Below, piece by piece: positions 1 to 11,510 of a DNA stretch of 64,000 bases (position 1 is its first letter; each line of letters opens with the position of its first letter). Source of the DNA: Octopus vulgaris (lineage: Eukaryota). A program made the translations under genes and the position numbers. Location: NCBI GenBank assembly GCA_951406725.2, contig OX597814.1:60698001-60762000 (forward strand). Direction: 5' to 3'. Below the pieces are notes generated by a model that worked only from the letters and a program-made list of their open reading frames with translations, searched no databases and had not been told where the DNA came from.

Positions 1-656
1 ATCCGATGGAATAATGGGACCATATTGTGTCTTTCTCTTCAGGAAGAAAATAGGAAATCCGTTGGAAAAACAAAAACAGAACAGAGGCGGCGCAAAAACA
101 AATCGAACTATGCTCCTAAGAGCCCATGGCGAAACTTGTTTATCAGTGTATGTTGAGAACCGGTGGCTGAAGAATTCAACGGGTCAGGCATCGGTCAATC
201 ATGTGGGTGAGGGGGCGTAGATGTTCTTTGTGACCGAGAATAAAGTTCTGACTATTTAAGGAATATTGGATGTTTTATAAGGGGCGAGAAAAAATCTACT
301 TAGAGACGTGTGTGTGTGTATACTGTTCTATATACGTGTGTGTTGGCGTAGGGGTAGAAAACATTTTTTGTGTACGTGTGTGCGTTTGATCGTTCGGCTG
401 TCAGTGGCTACTGCCGTGATGACCGTTGGGTGGCAGAAAAAAAATATACATCATGTTTTATGTGTGTGTGTGTGTGTTCTCATCTAAACCTGCCTTGTCA
501 AGGAAACCCCCCGCTGTGAAAAAACCAAGCCCCGTTTGTCTTACAGGAGTAATTCCCCTTGCAGTGGTTAATCGTAGATATCTTAAAGGCTATTTCAGAA
601 TTTGTTACCAAGGGTTATGGGTGCCGGTATTATTTATAAACGCTATTTAAAAGCCA
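1..656 (-). repeat. 3' pLTR (last ORF codons + 3' UTR), truncated by the window edge
   Basis: Reverse complement of 3387-4041. By eye it differs only by about three 1-bp indels. Contains the ORF stop codon and the hammerhead CTGAAGA core on the minus strand near 36-42. Confidence 0.93.
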
Positions 657-3330
657 GATAAGTGTAACGCCGCCAATGGGGGCATCGAAAAGCCGACTGT
701 AAAAGCCCGTTTACCATCCGGCCTCTGGCAAACAAAATATGGAAGAGTTCGGAGACACAAAGGTTGCACTGCCTTCTGCCCCTATCAAATGGGAGGGCCA
801 CCGACAAAATTGACCATTCCAGCCTGTAGCTTAAGTTCGTATCCTTCAGTCGCCATATTAGCTTACTGAGTCCCGTGGTCTGGCGCTTGTTCATGTCCCG
901 AAAAGTTGCGTAATGGTTGGAGACACGCAAAGACAATCTTGAGGATGAGGCCCCTACATAAGTGAAGACATCTGAGTCCGTGTAAACCTTGCATTGGTAG
1001 ACGGCGTTTTTGATCTTGGAGTTTGCCGACGTGAATCTAATTCTGCTAGGATTAGTTTCTGAAATTAGAACTGCGTTCCTGTCACTATATTCGTTCCGAG
1101 ACCTGCAGCCGCTTACTACTCTATTTTCCACTACGTCACTATTAACTATAGGTATAACCCCTGATTCTCCACTATCTATCAAAGTGCTGTCATTGCTACT
1201 GCCCGTGGTGCTGCTATTGCGGGAAATGATGCTGGGGATGCTATTGGGGCTCTCTACCCTACTCCCATTGTTACCGTCAACCACAACACCCCTATTTATA
1301 ACTATACCCCTAGTGGGTACTCCCTGGCTGGAGCTGAGATTATGTGTCACTGTACTGGCTCTCATATCATTATTACTACTATAATTATTCCTACTGAGCA
1401 TTAAACCGGGAGCGGAAGAGGCTGTGCCTCCGGAAAAAGGTGATAGGGTCTTAGTAAGTAGCCTATTATTATGGGAGGCGATTATCTGGGCGAGGTTTTT
1501 AGTGTTGGAGAAAGCTATCCTAACTTTATGCGAGTTAACCGTGGAGTAATATTTGGAATTTCTGGGGAAGTTATTGGCGATGGCTTGTCTAAACATGAGG
1601 GGGAGGTTAGTTCTAATCTGCTTACCAAAGGGGATTACAAACCATATATGCTTATTCCTATCAGTGTGATGGATCGGGACGCCAGCTCTCGCATTCGGGT
1701 GGGTGATTCTCGGATGAATGACGGGTCTTGGGTTAGTGTAAGACCTCCCGGACCGATAATTATCCTTGTTCGCTAAATTAAATGCGGGAGCGACTACCCC
1801 GGCATCCACCGCGCTCCCGTCCTTACTTAAAATGTTAATGTTATTATATACGGCCCTATCCTGATGACCGAATGATGGCATCGGAAGGGCCGGATCAATA
1901 TAAATTACCTTCTGCCTATAACCGGCCTTGGATAGTGCGGCGTTATAAAATTCCACTTTCTGCATAAAAATATCGGCACTGGCGGACAAGCCAGACAATC
2001 TTAGAGAGATGTTTTTAACCAAATTGTCTGTTACGGTTTTGGCATGATTTGAGAAGACACTGACATACTTCAAATTAGTGGAAGGCTTATGGTAAGGGCA
2101 GTATGAGTCGCTATTAAGGTTAAGTGTAACGTCTAGGAAATTGGCCTTGGTGAGTTCATTATCAAAAACTATACTCATGCCCATTCTATTAAAAAACCTA
2201 GCTAACCTGCTCTTAGTTTTCTGCACTATTCTGTTCGTGGTGTTTTGCAGGTAAAACAGACAATCGTCACGATACAGGCCGCCCGCGATCTCCGGGAATT
2301 GGTCGGACAATTCGTAGAGAATATATATTCCGACCAAATCGGCTATCTGCGCACTATCCGAACTACCCATAGGCACATCAAATTCATTGGGAGTATCTTT
2401 ACGGATCCACAACTTATTATCAAACTTAATAAACGATTTCCTGGCAACTAAAATGATATCTATCTCTTCTCTGGTGAGGCCAGCCTTGTTGTGAGCATGC
2501 CAGAGGGCCTTATTTAGCACACTAGGGTTAATCGAGGGGTAGAAGCTGGCGATATCAAACTGAATGAACCTAGTACGGTTCTTATTGGGGATGGAAGAGA
2601 ACCACTTCACTACCTGCGAGGAGTTGGCCCAGAGGCTGAGCTTCAGCTTGTTTACTAAACTAGGGATATATTTATCTAAAATGTACTTACTGATTATCCC
2701 GATATCAGATCTAGCAGGGCATATGAGTCTTAGCGCTGGGTTGGTGTGGAAGTTCGGTTTATGGTCCTTCACTATAAATCTGGGTTGCTTAGGGCTAAGC
2801 GGCTGAGTTCTCATTTGAATTCGGTGTTTAAATATTATTTCCTTAATTTCCAAGTTTACCTTCCTCAGGGTACTCCAATTGGTTTTTCTATAATTTTTCT
2901 TGATCTCTTTACCGAGTAAATCTAGGTACTGCTTAATGGGCATCTTGTATGTGTTCCTGGTCTTGTCAGACTGGACCAGGACTCCGTCCGTTCTATTAAT
3001 GTCCTTGGTAATTTTATCTAGGTATCTGAGGTGGGCATTTCTCCTGGGTGACTTCCTGAACTTAATCTTTCTAACTATGTCCCACAAGTCGTCCTCAAAC
3101 TTCTTCAGTCTTGGGTTAGGTGGCGGCGTATCCAATGTTTTAAAAAGCCGGCCGTATTCGGACGATGCTGTTGTCCGGTTCGATTTTAGATCTTCGTTCT
3201 CGTGGAAGAAAATGAGCCATCTTATCCGGTTTATGAATGCGTTGGTTTTACAAACCAACTCCTTAAGGAAGGCATCCTTTGGTGGTATAGGAATATCCTT
3301 AAGGGACGCATCAATCTCGAACAACTCCAT
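643..3330 (-). CDS. Penelope-like element (Naiad-type) polyprotein: reverse transcriptase + C-terminal GIY-YIG endonuclease, intact 895 aa
   Basis: Uninterrupted ORF. N-terminus SLKDIPIP...RIRW is typical of Naiad PLEs. RT motifs FDIASFYPSI, PMGSSDSAQIADLVG, GLYRDD, NFLDVTLNL; thumb YVSVFSNH; IWFVIPF...NFP...YY block; GIY-YIG AVYQC...TYVG...RVSNH...TGLSKLIWRLK; C-terminal CNLCVSE...CPH. An in-frame TAA five codons upstream supports ATG 3330 as the start. Confidence 0.95.
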   Translation of the reverse strand: MELFEIDASLKDIPIPPKDAFLKELVCKTNAFINRIRWLIFFHENEDLKSNRTTASSEYGRLFKTLDTPPPNPRLKKFEDDLWDIVRKIKFRKSPRRNAHLRYLDKITKDINRTDGVLVQSDKTRNTYKMPIKQYLDLLGKEIKKNYRKTNWSTLRKVNLEIKEIIFKHRIQMRTQPLSPKQPRFIVKDHKPNFHTNPALRLICPARSDIGIISKYILDKYIPSLVNKLKLSLWANSSQVVKWFSSIPNKNRTRFIQFDIASFYPSINPSVLNKALWHAHNKAGLTREEIDIILVARKSFIKFDNKLWIRKDTPNEFDVPMGSSDSAQIADLVGIYILYELSDQFPEIAGGLYRDDCLFYLQNTTNRIVQKTKSRLARFFNRMGMSIVFDNELTKANFLDVTLNLNSDSYCPYHKPSTNLKYVSVFSNHAKTVTDNLVKNISLRLSGLSASADIFMQKVEFYNAALSKAGYRQKVIYIDPALPMPSFGHQDRAVYNNINILSKDGSAVDAGVVAPAFNLANKDNYRSGRSYTNPRPVIHPRITHPNARAGVPIHHTDRNKHIWFVIPFGKQIRTNLPLMFRQAIANNFPRNSKYYSTVNSHKVRIAFSNTKNLAQIIASHNNRLLTKTLSPFSGGTASSAPGLMLSRNNYSSNNDMRASTVTHNLSSSQGVPTRGIVINRGVVVDGNNGSRVESPNSIPSIISRNSSTTGSSNDSTLIDSGESGVIPIVNSDVVENRVVSGCRSRNEYSDRNAVLISETNPSRIRFTSANSKIKNAVYQCKVYTDSDVFTYVGASSSRLSLRVSNHYATFRDMNKRQTTGLSKLIWRLKDTNLSYRLEWSILSVALPFDRGRRQCNLCVSELFHILFARGRMVNGLLQSAFRCPHWRRYTYLAFK

Positions 3331-3386
3331 TATTGGTATCGGTTAAAGTAGCAGTTTCTTGACGAAGCGGTATGTATTATGTGAAA

Positions 3387-4135
3387 TGGCTTTTAAATAG
3401 CGTTTATAAATAATACCGGCACCCATAACCCTTGGTAACAAATTCTGAAATAGCCTTTAAGATATCTACGATTAACCACTGCAAGGGGAATTACTCCTGT
3501 AAGACAAACGGGGCTTGGTTTTTTCACAGCGGGGGGTTTCCTTGACAAGGCAGGTTTAGATGAGAACACACACACACACACATAAAACATGATGTATATT
3601 TTTTTCTGCCACCCAACGGTCATCACGGCAGTAGCCACTGACAGCCGAACGATCAAACGCACACACGTACACAAAAAATGTTTTCTACCCCTACGCCAAC
3701 ACACACGTATATAGAACAGTATACACACACACACGTCTCTAAGTAGATTTTTTTCTCGCCCCTTATAAAACATCCAATATTCCTTAAATAGTCAGAACTT
3801 TATTCTCGGTCACAAAGAACATCTACGCCCCCTCACCCACATGATTGACCGATGCCTGACCCGTTGAATTCTTCAGCCACCGGTTCTCAACATACACTGA
3901 TAAACAGTTTCGCCATGGGCTCTTAGGAGCATAGTTCGATTTGTTTTTGCGCCGCCTCTGTTCTGTTTTTGTTTTTCCAACGGATTTCCTATTTTCTTCC
4001 TGAAGAGAAAGACACAATATGGTCCCATTATTCCATCGGATTTTGGTAATTTGTGCCTTTCGAAACACGTGTAGAATGAAATAAAACGATTTCTGTTCAA
4101 TCTGCGTTCAGCTCCATTTCTTCAATTCACCAATA

Positions 4136-4137
<2 letters not shown>
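3387..4137 (+). repeat. Inverted 5' pLTR
   Basis: Starts tggcttttaaatag (ORF C-terminus ...AFK*), matches 1-656 inverted, includes HHR and AATAAA (~4079), abuts (TA)n(GA)n. Confidence 0.93.
3997..4076 (+). ncRNA. Type I hammerhead ribozyme with extended stem II
   Basis: ttc-CTGAAGA(4000-4006)-gaaagacacaa...ttgtgcctttc-GAAA(4062-4065)-CACGTG-TA|gaa. Palindromic stem III ACACGTGT; predicted cleavage after GUA at 4073. Confidence 0.85.
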
Positions 4138-4216
<79 letters not shown>

Positions 4217-4237
4217 CAGAGAGAGACAGAGAGAGAC

Positions 4238-4332
<95 letters not shown>

Positions 4333-4335
4333 TAT
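4135..4335. repeat. Compound microsatellite (TA)n(GA)n(GACA)n(GGCA)n
   Basis: Direct reading. Confidence 0.95.
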
Positions 4336-4790
4336 ATCTGTATGTGTGTTTGTGTTTGTTCCCTAACATTACTTGACTGCTGGTGTTGGCTTGTTTATAT
4401 CCCTGTAACTTAGTAGTTTAACAAAAAGAGACTGATAGAATGAAAAACAGAATTGATAAAACAAAATACTGAGGTACTTATCATTTATTGTTTACTTGTT
4501 TCAGCCATTGGACTGCAGCCATGCTGGGGCACCACCTTGAAGGGTTAATTTGATCAGGTCGACCCTAGCACTTATTTTTTTACATTTGAAGTCTGGTACT
4601 AAATCTTTTGATCTCTTTTTATTAGACATCTAAGTTAGAGGAAAATAAGCCAACTCTCGTTGCTAAGTAATGGTGAGAGGCAAACACAAACACACACATG
4701 TACAGACAGACATCAGTCTCTGGCACTTGCCAGATTTGAGCAGTCTCAATGATAAAAAGGTGCGAAACTGCAAGGACTTTCTGGATATTG

Positions 4791-5348
4791 ACTGAAGAGG
4801 AAATCAGCTGCGAATTATCCATGTATCTTGCTTTTGTCCTGCTTGCCATTTGTTATGTTATCATCTATTTTCCCACATGTGTTTTGTTGGATTTCCCCTT
4901 GTTGTCTTCTTTCTGTCCTACCCTTGATTTATCCATGCTGTGCACCATACAACCTATTGTTTACTTTGTTAGAAAAAAAATATTCCTCTCTTTCCTTCCT
5001 TCTTACTCTCTCGTCTCTCTCCCATCCTCATTCCACAGCCTCTCTGATTTCATTTTCCCTTTCTTGCATTCCTTAGTCCCTTCCCCCCCCCCTCCCTCTT
5101 ACTCTTCAATCCCTTTGCTTTTCTCCCTCGCTTGTCTTGCTTGTACATTTTCTCTCACTCTGCCTGTCTCTCTTCCCCTCCCTTTCATTCTTTAGTCCAG
5201 ACACTGCCAAAAGAGGAAATCAGCTGTGAATGATTCATGTATCTTGTTTTTGTCCGGTTTACTATTTATGTTATTGTCTGTTTTTCCACATGTTGTGTTT
5301 TGCTGGATTTCCATTTGTTGCGTTCTTTTTGTCCTACCCTTGATTTAT
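4791..5348 (+). repeat. Diverged direct repeat pair (~140 bp; 4795-4932 and 5211-5348)
   Basis: aagaggaaatcagctg...cctacccttgatttat occurs twice ~416 bp apart; the first copy is preceded by CTGAAGAG. Confidence 0.75.
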
Positions 5349-5987
5349 ACATACATACATACATAATGTTAACAAAGCTGAAGATCAGTGAAAAAGAGAA
5401 TACCTATGCTGAACTTTGAAAAATCTGCAGTTACTCTATCCAGATTACAAGTTCAGGTTTATACCTATAATTATTGGGGCCCTGGGATATGTAATACACT
5501 GCCTAAATTCCAATCTTGAGAAATTAGGCTTCTCAAAACCAGAAGGGAAAAAGCTAATTCGAAGACTACAGATCCAGTCCATCACTTGAACTGTAAAATT
5601 CTGTAAAACTTTCCAGAAGATTATCTTTTAAATACATATGAACATGTGTAGATATGCAACTATATGCATGAGAATACATACATAAAGCAAAACATATAAA
5701 TCTGCATGCACGCACGCGTGCACACACACACACACACACACGCACGCACACACACACACACACACACACATACATACAAACAAACAAAGAAACAAACAAA
5801 AATACTCTGTTGTTGATGTTGAAATTCCAATGAAGGAGCCTTGAATCTAGGTTAGAAACTGGCTCTTTCTCTATTGGCAAGAAATCTTGAAATAAAACTG
5901 AACAATGACACACATACATATACAACACACTTCTTCTGCTAAAATATAATCACAACACTTTAGTTGGTCCAGGGTTATAGTGTAGAG

Positions 5988-6268
5988 CAGTGCTACACAA
6001 AGTGGTGGTCCGTGAACCGGCACCAGTCTGCAAGCCATCAGCTGCCAGTACACGGCGAGTTTCCAGAAAAGAAACATTATAAAATGCTTATGTTATATTG
6101 TATTATTTGTTTACAAGATAAAAAAAATTGTCAACTTTTATTATATTCATTATATATATATATTGTTTCCAGTATTAATTAATATTGCTAAAAAATACTA
6201 CCAGTCCCTGGCACATTGATAAAAATAAAACTGCCAGTACACCACATCAGATAGTTTGAGAAGCACTG
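5988..6268. mobile_element. hAT (Charlie-like) MITE
   Basis: TIRs CAGTGCT...AGCACTG; 8-bp TSD gtgtagag/gtgtagaa with central TA. Confidence 0.85.
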
Positions 6269-6339
6269 GTGTAGAAGACACTTCTCCAAGATGTTAGGTA
6301 GAAGGACTGAGCTCAGAACTATGTGGTTGAAAAGCAAGC

Positions 6340-6375
<36 letters not shown>

Positions 6376-7056
6376 ACACACACACACACACACTTCATCA
6401 TCATTTAATGTCCATGTTCTATGTTGGCAAGTGTTGGACAGTTTGACAGAATCTGACAGGTCCGAGGACAGCACCATGCCCCATTGTCTACTTTGGTATA
6501 GCTTCTGCAACTGAATTCTGTTTCTAACACTGACTATTTTACAGCATGTACTGGGAACTACTTTTTTGTGACACCAGCACTAGTAATGTCACTATGCAGC
6601 TTGCAAGATTATAAATTCCAAGAGGGGCAGCTTTATGCTGGGAGTTGAAGGATTTAACATGTCCCCCTACATGGCCTTGCTTTTTGCTTTTTGAGCCAAA
6701 AAATTAACTTAACTTAACTAACATATAAAGGAATGGGCCAGAGCAGAACGTGTTTGTTGCTGTACAAAAGCTACATGTTTTCTCACATATTAAAGGAGAG
6801 ACTGGAAGTAACTGATGTGAAGTGAGGAAGGGGTAAAAAGAGCAATGATGAGACATTTGTGAGGATCTTCAGTGTACAAGGTGAGAAGAAGTGAATGGGG
6901 ACAACTGAAACAGGAGCAGGTGTAACTGGGTAGAGGTTGCAAGAATGTTCTGAAGAGTAAGAAGTGGGGTATAAGTGAAGAGGTGAATAAGTGCAATTAC
7001 AGAGATGAAGGGTGACAGGCATGCCTTTTGAAGGAATTTGAGAGAAGGGACAATTA

Positions 7057-7152
<96 letters not shown>

Positions 7153-7164
7153 CATCACTTCCAT

Positions 7165-8285
7165 GATTTAGATTCACTAAGATACGTCTTCTCAGGATAC
7201 TGCCGGTCATCCTAGTATGTTGTCATTTCTTCTGAGATGTTTCACCACTTCATTCTATGTCAGTCTCCCTCTTCTGCAAGCTCCAACCACACCAAGTGAT
7301 GGGCACCTCTTCATACAGCTGCTTTCAGCCATAAACATTACACACTACATCTGATTCTTCCTTTGCCTAGCTTTTCTCTCAATGCATGTATATTATGACA
7401 TTCATGCACAGTTGCATGGCATTTCCAACACAGCATGCTCGCGTCATTGCTAATCCAGTTTTCACAGCATTCAAGGCCCATGTCTCACTACCATGCAGTG
7501 CCACAGTTCTAAAATAAGCACTATACAATCAGCCCTTCACTTTCGATGAAAAGACTTTGGTTGCCATCAGCTGTAGAAGTTCCCTGAACTTTTCCCAGCC
7601 TGTTCTAACCCTGGCTACTATACTTTCAGAGCAAGTACTCCCTTGACAATTATATCTCCTAGGTAACAAAAGCTATTGCCTATTACTTGTGAGCCATCTG
7701 AGCATTTCAGATTAATTGTAGTATGTACTCCTCCTGTAGTTACTTTCTGTCAGCCAGCCTGTGATTCCATTTCTCCATCTGTGTCCATAGCCTCTATTGG
7801 GTACAGTGTATGGAGTTTATATCTACTCTTTTCCTACTTACCAAGCAAGGCTATTTCCCTAAAAATATCAAGGCTCTGTCTTCTTTCCTACTTACTAAAA
7901 CCTTTGTCTTTACAGAGATGACCTTGAGGCCTCTCAATTCTAGGTATAGTTTCTATGCATAGAAATTCCTCACTAATTCCTCATACAGATTCAGAACAAT
8001 ATTGTCAGCATATAGGAGTTCTTTTGGACATCTAATCTTAAACTCCTCTGAGATAGTCCAAAAGACTAAGATGAATGGGATAGGGTTGAGGACTCAATGC
8101 TCATTTCATCACTGAAATCATTTACTGCATCTTTGTACATTGCTTGTACAGACCTCAGAAGCCAGTTGTCTAAATTGAATTTCCACAGTAACCATCAATT
8201 TACTGAATGTGGTACCTTGTCAAACGCCATCTCCAACTCAACAAAAAAACAGGAATAGCAGTTTATTCTCAGCCAAATATTTCTC
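7165..8285 (-). pseudogene. Decayed RTE-clade LINE reverse transcriptase
   Basis: Minus-strand remnants VELEMAFDKVP (cf. VDLEKAFDRVP), ELLYADN (cf. YADD), ALHGSETW; many stops and frameshifts. Confidence 0.8.
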
Positions 8286-8471
8286 CTACAGAGAAATACT
8301 TGGCTAAGGGTAAATACACTAAAAATTTCAAATGAGAAGTCTGAGAGTCAGTATTTAACCCCTAACTATGAGCTCAACACAATATTTCCTACTTCATCCA
8401 ATACCCATTTTGGATTAAACACAACATATGCATACACACACACACACACACACACACATACACATGTATGT

Positions 8472-8511
<40 letters not shown>

Positions 8512-9556
8512 GAAATATACACGTGCACGTGTATTACACATATACACATAAATATATATGAATGTATGTATATACACACACATTCATTGATATATATATA
8601 TCATTTATTTACATACATATAAACACATTAAATTATATATATGTACATAATTATATATATATTATATTGTTTTATATATAGATACATAAATATATATTAT
8701 ATATAAAACAACAAACATACATGCAGGCTCACAGATACCTATTATCTTTATGATTGAACTAAAAACATTATCAGCTGAAATTGGCAATAAATCTTCCTGA
8801 GTTAACTTTTTCCTTCTTCCCAATACAATATATGCAATTGCTATAAACTGCATAAATGACAACCATAAAAGCCATCTTATGTTGCTGTTAACAACCATTT
8901 TGAACTATTGCAAAAATACATTATAGTATCTTGGTGTCTATACCAATGAATCAGTTATGTGCACAGTAGAGGTTTATTTCTTCGGTATGTGGCCTTCGGT
9001 GAATTCGTATTGAAGCTGTTGTTACACTACATGATGTATTATGGTTTATAAAGCATTACCATCAATGCTTCTTTTATTCATTGTATGTTTCGCATTCAAT
9101 TCTGGCATGGGTTAAATGGTTCTGCTTCACATTAATTTTCCATATGGCTCTATATTGTCAATGTTAACATTTTTATGTCTCAAATCATCTCAACACTAAA
9201 TCCTAACAGCTCTGTATCAGCCTTCTTCTGTTTGGCCTTCTACCACATGCAATATAATGCAATATCTCTAATATAATACAAGCTTGCCTTATTTCTCTTT
9301 TTTTGTAAATAAGCCTCACTATCCTGAAATAAAGTAGTGGGCTGGCAGTCTTTACACAGTCAGAAAAAATTCTAAGCAGTATTAGCCTAGCTCCTTACAT
9401 TCAGGGTTCAGATTATGCAAAGGGTAACTTCACTGTTCCTCTCATAAAATGATGTACCAGTCAAGTAATGTAATCAATTTATTTGACTAATCCTCTCCCA
9501 TAAATGAAAGTTCATCATCATCACCACCATTATTATTATTATTATTATTATTATTA

Positions 9557-10325
9557 AGGCTTTTGTCTGTTTTTACATTCTGAGTTCAAATTCCGCCGAG
9601 GTTGACTTGGCCTTTCAACCTTTTGGGGTTGATAAATTAAGTAACAGTTGTGTACTGGGGTTGATCTAATCAACTGGCCTCCTCCCACAAAATTTCAGGC
9701 TTTGTGCCTATAGTAGAAAGGATTATTATTATTATTAAGGCAATGAGCTGACAGAATTCTTAGAATGCCAGGCAAAATGTTTAGTGGTATTTCATCTGTA
9801 TTCATGCTCTGAGTTCAATTTCCGCTGAGGTCAACTTTGCTGTTCATCCTTTCAGGGATGATAAATTAAGTACCAATGAAACATTGAGGTCAATGTAATC
9901 AACTAGTCTCTCTCTCCCTAAAATTTCCGCCAAGGTCAACTTTGCCTTTCATCTTTCTGGGTCGATGGAATAAGTACCAGTTACACATCAGGGTTGATAT
10001 AATCGACTAGCCCCCTTCCCGAAATTTTCAAGGTCTTGTGCCTAGAGTAGAAACAATTATTACTATTGTTATTATTATTATTATTATTAAAAAGGCGGCG
10101 AGCTGGCAGAAACATTAGCATGCCAGGTGAAATGCTTAGCAGTATTTCATCTGTCTTTACGTTCTGAGTTCAAATTCTACCAAGATCAACTAAGCCTTTC
10201 ATCCTTTCGGGGTCGATTAAATAAGTAGCAGTTACGCACTGGTGTCGATATAATCGACTTATTCCCTGTCTGTCCTTGTTTGTCCCCTCTATGTTTAGCC
10301 CCCTGTGGGCAATAAAGAAATAAAT
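9557..10325 (+). mobile_element. Tandem cluster of tRNA-derived MetaSINE-like SINEs separated by (ATT)n
   Basis: About 4 copies with B box gagttcaaattcc and central gcctttcatcctttcggggtcgataaattaagtacc, each ending in (TTA)n. Confidence 0.8.
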
Positions 10326-11059
10326 TATTATTATTATTAAATAATAATTAATAACAACAGAAGCAATATTAATACCACAATGTAATTTTCATCTCCAGCT
10401 TAAAGTGGATGTTGTGATAGAACACAGAATACTGCATTATTTACTTTGAACTTGTGTTGTATGTAAGCACATGTAATTACATCAGTGACAGATTTTTGGG
10501 GGGCAGTAGTATAAAATAAAATACCAGTCAAGCTCTGGGATTGAAGTTATCAACAAAACACCTCTCCTCAAATATGTTAGTCTCACACTTCAATTACAAA
10601 CAATTAAGTAAGGTAGGGAGCATGCACAATCATTAGAATGTCAGAAAAAAATGCTTTGCAGTATTGTTCCAGCTCCTTACATTCTGGGTTCAAATCAGAC
10701 AGCAGTGATTTGATTTTACCTCAGTCAATATTTGCCTCAATCATTCATTTAGGGTCAATAAATAAAGTAGGAGTCAAGTGTTGGGCTTGGTGACATTGAC
10801 AAGACTCCTCCCTTCAAAATTGCTGGCCTTGTGCCTAAATTAGAAACATCATCACTGCTACTACTACTGCTGCTGCCTGGATTAAAATGTATTTCTCATT
10901 GTGCTTGTTTAAATACATTGACAAAAGATTAAATTGAATTCGTACTGTCACTGAATCAGAAACTGTCACTGTACTAAAACCTTGGTGAGTGAACTTCAGC
11001 AATTTTACTGCACACAAATCAACAAATCAATATAGACCTAATGGGATCAGCACTGCCGA

Positions 11060-11510
11060 CCATAGCACCAACACCATAACCAAAACCACCACCATTGCCA
11101 TCACCATTGTCATCACCATCACCATCATCCCCATTACCACCACCACCATCCATCATCATCGCCACCACCAAAACTATCACCATCATCATTATCACCACCA
11201 TCACCAAAACTACCATTGCCACCACCGTCATCACTATATACACCATCACTTCAAGCATCTCGCCACAACATCCACAACAGCACCCATAACACCCCAACCT
11301 ACTACTACTAATACTACTACAATATCAATATTATCAATCCATCGGTACCAACACTACTACCACAATACTATTGTCGCTACTAATGCCAGTACAATCATTC
11401 CATCACAAGTCCACCATCGCTACCACTACAACTATCCACCACTGCCAGCCCCCACCACAACCAATCAAACTGATAATATCACAAGAGCCAGCACACCACA
11501 CCACCATTAA
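11060..11510. repeat. Degenerate (CAC/CAT)n low-complexity tract
   Basis: Trinucleotide repeat that produces spurious His/Thr-rich ORFs. Confidence 0.85.

Larger units (their letters stand above)
1..4137 (-). mobile_element. Full-length Naiad-type PLE with inverted pLTRs; left end runs off the window
   Basis: RT/GIY-YIG ORF flanked by inverted repeats 1-656 and 3387-4041. The right copy continues to ~4137 and ends in a (TA)n tract. Confidence 0.92.

Noticed and set aside
1-3330. Selenoprotein/SECIS as in some Naiad PLEs
   Set aside because: No in-frame TGA (the stop is TAG) and no convincing AUGA-AA-GA SECIS hairpin in the 3' UTR by eye.
1010-3346. Plus-strand ORFs overlapping the PLE ORF, and short ORFs in the pLTRs
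   Set aside because: Antisense shadows. pLTR ORFs differ by frameshifting indels between the two copies and are not preserved in the 14 kb relative.
1-4137. DNA transposon or LTR retrotransposon interpretation of the terminal repeats
   Set aside because: The ORF is PLE RT + GIY-YIG with no transposase or integrase; the repeat begins inside the ORF end and carries an HHR, so it is a pLTR.
10989-11510. His/Thr-rich protein (also poly-Q 20808-21008, Leu/Ser-rich 54370-55131, Tyr/Ile-rich 53394-54156)
   Set aside because: Translations of simple repeats.
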